Position numbers and translations under genes: made by a program. The notes under the pieces are model-generated. The model was not told the DNA's origin and made no database searches. It was given only the letters and a program-made list of their open reading frames with translations. A DNA stretch of 59,235 bases, filler included, from Sphacelaria rigidula (taxonomy: Eukaryota): assembly GCA_964200075.2 (NCBI GenBank). It is 9 parts of 9 records of this genome, joined end to end, with 100 filler letters (N's around TTAATTAATTAA, not from the genome) between each part and the next. Parts side by side here need not be neighbours in the genome. Positions count along the whole stretch, not along the records: positions 46,152 to 52,643 come from CAXNAA020019756.1; positions 52,744 to 59,235 come from CAXNAA020019757.1; 7 more parts are not named here. The stretch is one strand, 5' to 3'. Every line of letters starts with the position of its first letter. The stretch's first letter is position 1. Positions 51,133-59,235 of this stretch are shown here, in pieces.

Positions 51133-52643
51133 CAACCTTTCGATTCGGAGCGATTTTTGTGGTTTTATGATGGTGCGGTACATCATGGTCAACGTGTGGA
51201 GTTCGGCCGCGGCAAGCTCCGCTGCATTATTTTCACGCACTGCGCTAGTCTGACGACCGACCGCACTTAATCGGGACCGTGACTGTATATGGGTATCCAC
51301 ACCAGTATCACACCATGTCCGTGAAAAATGGCCGCCTATACTTCTCAAGCAGGTCCTTGTACATGATCCTTCACCAACATTTGGGCCCAGATCTTTCTTG
51401 TTGAGGGAGTCTTGAGGTTATGACGGGAGCTGTACGGGAGCTGTACACGAGGATGTGGGTCGGGATGTTCCCGTTTTGAAAATCCATTGAAGACGCGGTA
51501 GCCCATTTGAATGCTAATCGTAGCGTGCAGTCACATATCTAACGAGTCGTTTCTTAGATGAGAATCGGGCCCTACACAATTTCTAACAATCCAAATATCA
51601 GCGTCCCCCCTACCGTGGCATCAGTACTGTCTTTTATATATTATGTTCGTTAAATGGTGAAAGACTGATGACGTTTCTGATTTTCCTTCGAAATTTCTCA
51701 GTTTGGGGGGGAATTTATTCAGTTTTTGCCCCCCTCCCTGAATGAAAATATAGGTATCACATACCTTGAATACTTTGCATCGCTCCACCGCGATGGCACA
51801 ACCCACTTATCAGAATCGCTTGACTCCCAGGTGTCGAACTTTTAACAACATGTCATGTGGACACGAAACACATGGTGATTCTTGCCAAATGATCCCGTAG
51901 TGAAAAATCAGGCCAAGGAAAATATACTCCAATATCACGAAGTGAATTTGGTTTCTGCTGCGGATAGAAATTCGACCCACCGGTTTTTTGCGACTCCATT
52001 TTTGCGACTTTTTATTTCTTTATTTTCACTCCTATTAATTTCGTTTTTGTGGGAAAAACTTCGTCAAACAGAAACCAAACTCGTTCTGCCCCAAGGGGCA
52101 CCTGATCACACATCGGTTGCTGTTGCCTACCTAGTATTATCCTCCAATTCGAAGTCTTAGGTGAGAACGCCCAGCGTGCAGCAGCCTGACGCGACCACTG
52201 CGTTTTGCCACCTACCCTTCCCGACGTATCCGACAAGGGGGCAATATCCCCGTAAAGACAGAAGCGATGCTAGCGGATCATACGTCCTGACAGTCTGACA
52301 GCTGGTGAGGTGATTACGGTAGCGTCCTCCTTGCGACATCAACTCACCATGCACTGGAGCAGAGTTCGCAGGTGAATATTTCGGCGGTTGCCTCACCTGC
52401 AGTTCGTCCAGATGTCGCGGATTTTCCGATATTGAAATGGCAGTGGCCTAGAAAAGGTACAACTTCTCGTTTTATTCCTAAGAAAGGTACGAAACATGGC
52501 CAGAAACACGAATACAGCCGAACACGCCATTTTGACCGTTTTCGCTCTGGATTTTTCTCACACATCATTCGGAGGGGCCATTGGCATCCGGGACTCGAAT
52601 ACAAATGAAGGGTCTGTCGAGCGAAATTTTCGGACACGTAGGC

Positions 52644-52743
52644 NNNNNNNNNNNNNNNNNNNNNNNNNNNNNNNNNNNNNNNNNNNNTTAATTAATTAAN
52701 NNNNNNNNNNNNNNNNNNNNNNNNNNNNNNNNNNNNNNNNNNN
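52644..52743. other. Artificial contig spacer
   Basis: N44-TTAATTAATTAA-N44. Confidence 0.98.
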
Positions 52744-53264
52744 CCCCCGCCCCCCCCACGCAGTATTGTCTAGAACAAGGTCACTGTACATCGGTTTTTT
52801 GTGGCTTCCCTCGAATTGCGGTATATATCAATGTGTTGCTCTTCGCGCTGCTCATGTCCGTGAGGCTGAAAGCTGTCATTTTGTCGACACTTGGACGAAA
52901 ACGAAAGAGTTCAATGGAGGTCTACAGGCTGGTCCCACTACTTGACACCCCAGAAGTGCCTCCGGCGCAACTAGGACGAACAGCAGCGAAGAGTAGCGCA
53001 ACAAGTAGATTCCCTGCAACCGTGTGGCCAACCTAGATTACACCGTGCGTTGATGGCATTTTGATCACCCCACACTACTGTGGGACATGAAATATGGTAT
53101 GTTGGCGGCATGTACCCCTTGGCGGTTTGGTGAAAATCGAAGATATCTGAATTCTCGCCCGATTGCGCAAAAAAGGTTTGGACGTGTCGCTGACATCAAG
53201 GCGACAGTAGCGATACCTACTTTTGGCTCCTCCCTCATCGCCGTTGGAAAGTTATGACAACAAC

Positions 53265-53465
53265 AGTATGGGGCTTCCATGCCCCCGAAAATCTTCATGT
53301 CCTGGACTGTCCACTCAAGGTTAAGGACGTGGGACCTGAATCTGCGAGCAGAGGATTATGACCGAAACAAGTGTGGGGTTTCCATGCCCTTAAAAATCTA
53401 CCTATCTTGGACTGTCCACTCGAGGTTCAGGAATTGGGACCGGAATCTTCAATCTTCGAGCAGAG
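53265..53465. repeat. Diverged two-copy tandem duplication (about 105-bp period)
   Basis: GGG.TTCCATGCCC...AAAATCT....TGGACTGTCCACTC.AGGTT.AGGA..TGGGACC.GAATCT occurs twice. Confidence 0.8.
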
Positions 53466-53699
53466 GAGCGCATCGACCATTCAAAGGCCCTGCCTGGGGA
53501 TGTTTCCATAAGCACTAAATACTAAATACATACCCTGAAAATAAAAGCGCATCTTTGCCCTCCTTCAATCGACCTGATTCCACAAAGAACAACATTCTAG
53601 AGATGGCTTCGAATGGCTTCGAATGGCCAATGCGCTTCTCTCATCAGAATTTCACGTCCCAAGTCTCAAACCTTTAGTGAACAATCTCTGGAGTCACTC

Positions 53700-53790
53700 T
53701 TTGATTGATTGATTGATTCATCGATTGATTGATTGTCGCACTTTAACTGACCCCCCAGGGGTCCAGCTGCGGTCTCATGATAGAGATACT
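53700..53790 (-). mobile_element. Probable LINE/SINE 3' end with (CAAT)n tail
   Basis: (ATTG)n followed by TGTCGCACTTTAA.TGAC.CCCCAGGGGTCCAGC.G.GGTCTCAT.ATAGAGATACT. Near-identical at about 43870-43940, with related copies at about 23735, 24325 and 49780. Confidence 0.6.
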
Positions 53791-54529
53791 CGAGAAAAAC
53801 GAAAATGAAACACGCTCTGAGGGAAAAAGAAGGGGGAAAAAAGGGGGGGTCGAACAGAACGACATATCAGACTAAGTCGTGACAAAATTGAAAAAAAGTA
53901 ATAAAAAAGTCAACACAGGCAAAGCACAGAAAGAAACGGCGACCTAAAACAAGAAAAGAAGGAAATGAAGAGGAAAGTACAAAGCAAATGAAATGACTCT
54001 TTGGGTGTGATAAGACCAGCCTGCACGGGCTGCAGGAGGGCTGACAGTCGTCACCGATCGCTCGATAATAAAACCCAAGGCAAGTACCATCTAGTTCGCG
54101 CGCATCACCCATAATTCACTCATCCGCGGATGTTCACACCGATTCTTGAGATAGACCAGGAATTTTTGCACACATGTACCATGGAACATGACGAAGCGCT
54201 TGATGGATGGAGTATTTCGACGCTGTTTTTCTACCAGTTATGGGGGGTCCCAGGATTTTGTGGGATTTTTTTGGATCACATGCTCTTTTCGGACCCCTGA
54301 TAACTGGCGGGGAAATAAATCGAGGGATTCCCCTCCAAATGTTTCGTAATGCTCCGTAGTATATGTGTGCCAAGTTTCAGAGTTCATTTCTAAGAATCGG
54401 CGTGGATATCTGCGCTTTTGTGCGACGAACTTAGCTGGAAACGTATTTTAACGACAAGACGACGAAAACTGCCTCGAGGTTTCGGTTTTCTCAACTAAAC
54501 TCTGTACAAATGGTCCTTGGACTGCCCCA

Positions 54530-55150
54530 GGACGCACCCTTTTTTTTTTGTCATCGAGGCATTCTCCACCGGCTACCGGGGGTCTCCACGCCTGGACCCT
54601 CGGAAGCTGGTCAGGAGCTGAGAAAATCTCAAATACTTTTCGATAACACGTTTCCACTTGGAGCACCAATGCCTACCGAAGGGCGGAGTTTGAGGGCGAT
54701 CTGAGCTGTTCCACGACAGATACGAGGGAAAACGTCGGTCGGCTTTCGGAGTCTTTGGTGCATATCGTGACCGAATAGCCGGCGACGCCAAATCTCCACA
54801 TCACCGAAACACCACGGTTTGGGCTATAATTCGATCCCCTGGTACACGTTTTCAAAAAATATTTCATTAGATCACCCGAGCGGATGGCGGTTACTACCAC
54901 TCGGAGAATGTGGAGATTGGGTAAAAGTTGGGTGGGGAATTTTTGTTCAAGTACAGAACAATTTTGAAGACCACTCACTGACTGGCCCAGTATCTTTTCG
55001 CCCTTAGTGCCACCCCTACGGCCTTGAGCAAAAATACGGCTGTCACCCTCTTCAGTTGTCCATGGCGGTCAGTGTGTTTCCATGTAGGCGACAACTTGGT
55101 ATGTATTGCGGAAGGCATATGATGACACAATTTTAGGTGATGACCTTGAA
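54530..55150 (+). repeat. Dispersed repeat family C, copy 2
   Basis: Colinear with 40690-41330. Confidence 0.85.
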
Positions 55151-55643
55151 CCACTCGAACATTGGGAGAGGGGGGTTGATCCCTCCAAACTCGACACTAC
55201 GAAATTGTCCCCAAGCGACGGAGGGGGGGGTTGTAAATACGACAAGAAAAATGAGTAACAAACGAGAAGTGACGGATTTCTTACCTTCTAGATAAACACA
55301 TGGGAGTATTTCAGCTGTGGGCATTCCGACACTTTAGTCCCCTCGTTGCCGATTTCTTCTAGTATTCTGTATCTCGGACGTATCTCTTGGTATTTTTGAC
55401 CTTGCCCGGGCAAGGTCACCTCATGTAGTGGCTTCCGTATTTTGCTGAAGACTCGGGGAGAACGAAGATTGAGGGAGCACTGAAGACTACATGAGCACTC
55501 TTCCGTTGCGGTCTTGAACCTCCAGTAAACCTGGGCACACATCACGTACCCCAGGTCTACCACGGCGCGTATCTTTCTCATCACATCTCATTTTCACTTA
55601 CGTACGTCTCCGGGTTTTTTTCCGTGCTCCCTGCGTACTCCAG

Positions 55644-55896
55644 AATTTGTTACAACTCGGCTATTCACGCCTGCGCTCAGAGCGGTCAGTGGGAACGGGC
55701 ACTTTCCCTTGCGGACAGCATGCAACAGGGGGCGGAGGAGTCACGGCCAGACGCATTTACCCTTAATTCAGTGATGGCTGCTATGACTAGCGCGGGCGAG
55801 TGGCGCAGGGTCCTGCGTCTCTTGGATGAGATGCACACCTACGGAGTGGAAGCGGATCTGGTGTCGTACAATACCGCCATGCGCGCTTGCAACGAG
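55644..55896 (+). CDS. Pentatricopeptide repeat (PPR) protein, internal exon
   Basis: CAG acceptor 55641-55643, GT donor 55897. Encodes ICYNSAIHACAQSGQWERALSLADSM...PDAFTLNSVMAAMTSAGEWRRVLRLLDEMHTYGVEADLVSYNTAMRACNE, consecutive PPR motifs. Confidence 0.92.
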
Positions 55897-56142
55897 GTGT
55901 GTGCTTTAGTGGTACCCGTGTAGCGTGTATGATGGATACCGTCTCTTGTTCAGACGTGACATGAGGCAGAGAGCGTTCAGCACGCATAAGCTCAGGAAGT
56001 GTTGAATGCCGTTAGTGCACCGTACTCTCCACCGTGATGCATATGGCAAAAGAAGGTACGGAACGAAATAGCAACGACACACGAAACACACCAGCAGACA
56101 TTCTGACTCTTGGTTGCTCCTATTGTATCCATCCACACACAG

Positions 56143-57153
56143 GCTGGCCGACACCAGCGCACGCTCGAGATATTCGCAGACATGCGATCAATCGACTTAC
56201 AGCCGGATCAAGAAACGTTTTCCGCAGCAACAGAAGCTTGCTCCGCCGACACCTCCGGCGGGTCTGGAGCCACGGCCATTGACCTGCTGCGGTTAGCGCG
56301 CGCGCAGGGTCTCAAGCCCGGGGCAAAGGCGGTAGCTGCTGCTTTGGCGGCGTGTGTAGGCGGCGGGTATTGGCGGGAAGCTGTGCCCACTGTGGAGAAA
56401 ATGTTGGAGGCTGGTGCTCCGAGGACGTGGGACAACGTCATGGAGTTTTTGAACGATGCAAGGTTGGAGAGCAAGGGGCGTAGATGTAAGGAAGGAGTTG
56501 AGGGTGGTGGGATTGCTGTCGAGAATTCCACGGCATCGGCGAAGGCTAACAGTCAGGGGAAGGCGGTGGTGGTGGGCGGCGAGCGGTCGACCACTGCGGG
56601 TGTGCGTTTGAATGGGGGCTGTGGGGGTGGTTCGTTACGGAAACGTGGGAGGAACGTGGGGGGAGAAGGTGGGGAGAGAAAAACGTGGGGGAAGGTGTCG
56701 TATTGCGGTGCGTGGCTGGAGAGAGGGGTCGCGATCAACAGTGCTCCAAGTGAAAAGGGTGCAATGGTAGAGGGCGTGGAAACGGTGAATCCTGAAGATT
56801 CTTCTCATGACACGAGTCCGCAAATACAGCGTGTCACGTTGGTAGAGCCTGCACTGCTCGAACGGGCGTCTTATGACAACGCGTATCAGGCATGCTCAGA
56901 TGGTAGCAGTAGTAGTGATGCTGTGGCAAACGGTCAGGTAGCGGGGGGGGCTCCGTTGAACGGGGAAAATACACGGGAAGCGCCACAAAATGAGGAGAAA
57001 TCCCCGAAGCGCGGTGGCGACAGCAGTAGCAACATTTCTCATACCAGTGATGGTGCCAATCGGAGACATAGCAAGGCAACAAGGGAAGCGGCGATGGCTG
57101 CCGGTGCGCTCAGATTAGGCTGCGCCCCCGCACTGGCGCGTATGCAGTCGTAG
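56143..57153 (+). CDS. PPR protein, probable terminal exon (PPR motifs then low-complexity tail)
   Basis: CAG acceptor at 56140-56142. The phase-0 join completes a PPR motif: ...ACNE|AGRHQRTLEIFADMRSIDLQPDQETFSAATEAC...GLKPGAKAVAAALAACVGGGYWREAVPTVEKM. Open to TAG 57153. Confidence 0.88.
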   Translation, partial: AGRHQRTLEIFADMRSIDLQPDQETFSAATEACSADTSGGSGATAIDLLRLARAQGLKPGAKAVAAALAACVGGGYWREAVPTVEKMLEAGAPRTWDNVMEFLNDARLESKGRRCKEGVEGGGIAVENSTASAKANSQGKAVVVGGERSTTAGVRLNGGCGGGSLRKRGRNVGGEGGERKTWGKVSYCGAWLERGVAINSAPSEKGAMVEGVETVNPEDSSHDTSPQIQRVTLVEPALLERASYDNAYQACSDGSSSSDAVANGQVAGGAPLNGENTREAPQNEEKSPKRGGDSSSNISHTSDGANRRHSKATREAAMAAGALRLGCAPALARMQS

Positions 57154-59235
57154 CGGGAGCTACACTCCTCGCGGACGGATCAGCGCGGGGATTTGGGGAT
57201 TGTGTACTGACGGCGATCACTGTGCCGTGGTAGTACGTGCGCGTCTAATAGCCGTAGCGTAGAGAATGGGGTTATTTTTTTAGTGTTCGGACGGGGTGGA
57301 TCGATCTGCTCCTGTCGTCCTGTTCAGCACGGGCATTGATTACTCCTCGGTGGAGACTGACTCGCATTTTGTTCGAATCGGGCGACCAGTGACCAGGATG
57401 TGTCATCCGCGTGGCGGGAGATCGGATTGGATCGGGTACCCTGACTGCATGGATGCTTCCAGAGGAGACCAAAGACCTAACAGCATGTGGCAATGGTAGT
57501 GTGCGATTGTATGGTGATGGAGCCGCCTTGTTCGGCGCATTGTTGGCGTCGAGTCTGAACGAAATACTCGACCGCCGCTCGGTAGGCAGCGAGCAAAACG
57601 CCTGAATTACCGTGATTCTGGTCAGGGTACAACTTGTTGTGCGTTACGCTTCCATGCATGATCGACTTGTAAATGTGTTCCATATAGTACGTTATCAATC
57701 AGGTGTTGTGGGATCGGAAGACAAGGACAATCTACATATACATATATATATACATATGCTCTAAGTATGCTGCACTCTTTGCTGTGGAACAGTTGTGGTG
57801 CTGTATGTGGTGAGTGCAATGCGATTCGTTACTACCGTCTGTTTCTCCTAGTTGGAGGATGTTTGTGTCACACGAGTACGGTACACGAACGCAACTTTCG
57901 CGTTGCATTTGCTACGCACGGTTGCCGAACCTGTGCTGCTTACGTTGTACTGTTTGAAATATATACATGTACCTACTGCTACCATCGGAACTTCTTGTAC
58001 TGCAGCCAACCCTGTCAGGCTTTTGTGCTGTCTTTCGACGTGAGGATTACTTGATACATACATCATGCTAGTGCTCATTTTTATCCCAGGAATAAAATCT
58101 ACGTTTTGCTGTGCAGATGCATACGTTCCTCTCGTTTCAGCTCTCTCTTCGAGCTAGGCCAGCGTTGAGCATTTTTTTGGCTCTTGGTGAGGTTCGTACG
58201 GTCCATTTTCAAGAGTAGAAAGCTGAAATTTTGACACAAAGTTTATCTCAAGACGCCTTATTATATTGCAGTAGCCGGGAGAAAGAAAAACAGCAAATTA
58301 ATGCCAGAGTCAGATCATGAAAAAAAAAATGAAGTGGTGATGAAAACAGATTTACATTTTTCTATATTTCAAAACGTTTTTGTGTACTGATGTGTAGAAC
58401 GTACGCGTAAAATTGTGACTCGAAACTCCTCAATTTGGGTCGTGCATTCCACCTTTTGTGACACAGTTGCACCCCGTTGTCTCACTAGCGTTGAAAGAAG
58501 TTTCCACGGGGACGGAAGGTCACGACTTCGAATCTTGACCGATGTTTTGTTTTGCAGAACCTGGTTCAGTAATTGACGTAATAAATATGCAGTACATTTC
58601 TTACCTTCGCTCATTTTGCGGTAGAACGTGCATCACCAGATCGCCTTTCACTCCACAGTGATATACTTACATCATGAGGTTAATCCGGGAAACTGAATAA
58701 GTGCAGACGACGCCGGACAGTTCTTGAGCTATCTCAAACAAGTGATGAAAGAGGACTCTCAGATCCGATGGTCCGAAAACACAAAATTTGAGCGCGGTGT
58801 CAAATAAACCAAAGCGCAAGCTCTGCGCTACACCGCGTGTTCGGCGTTCAGCGTTGTAGGGAGAAAATGTGGGGACAGGGGCCAAGTAAGCTATTATTGA
58901 TGGCTCATGGTCCGGATCAGTGCCCTAATAAGAGGTAATATTTAGGTACCTCATGGGCTGTCCGACGTGTGAAAAAACCGTCGTGTGACACGGGATTTTA
59001 CGAATTGGGGATGGATTTTGAATTGAGGATGAGAACCCAGAGAAGTAAAACCTTCGTATTCCAATTTTTCAGCATAAAAAATGGTGTTGTCTTGGGCCTT
59101 TTCTCATGTCACATCGATTTCTTGTCACAGAAAACCTGTGACAGTTTTTTTTTTTTTCAACGTGACACTTTCTACGATAAAAACAAACAAAAAAAAAAAA
59201 AAAAACAAAAAAAAATAAAAAAAAAAAAAAAAAAA

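Noticed and set aside
50940..57153. Apparent neighbourhood of the Rab5ip-like and PPR genes, or of any host gene with the MTase retrotransposon
   Set aside because: They lie on different contigs separated by artificial spacers, so adjacency carries no information.

Overview
Eukaryotic, repeat-rich genomic DNA. It is an assembly concatenate of nine unrelated contigs (6494, five of 6493 and three of 6492 bp, size-sorted) joined by artificial 100-bp N44-TTAATTAATTAA-N44 spacers, so no synteny can be read across spacers. About 50% GC, long TE-filled GT-AG introns and a PPR gene suggest a stramenopile, probably a brown alga (inference only). Most ORFs in the track are spurious. Real host exons: two exons of a Ser/Thr protein kinase (20253-20354, 24958-25023), the last exon of a Rab5ip/RAB5IF-family membrane protein (50940-51132) and two exons of a PPR protein (55644-57153). 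TE remnants include a LINE reverse transcriptase, a mariner-type transposase N-terminus, MITE-like inverted repeats and several dispersed repeat families. The main observation is contig 5 (26374-32866), a decayed Ty3/Gypsy LTR retrotransposon. Its Pol carries a roughly 300-aa domain resembling a C5 cytosine DNA methyltransferase, with motif I-X counterparts in canonical order, inserted between RNase H and integrase. The catalytic Pro-Cys is missing. The element also has a CCCH-type Gag finger and a chromodomain-like integrase tail.
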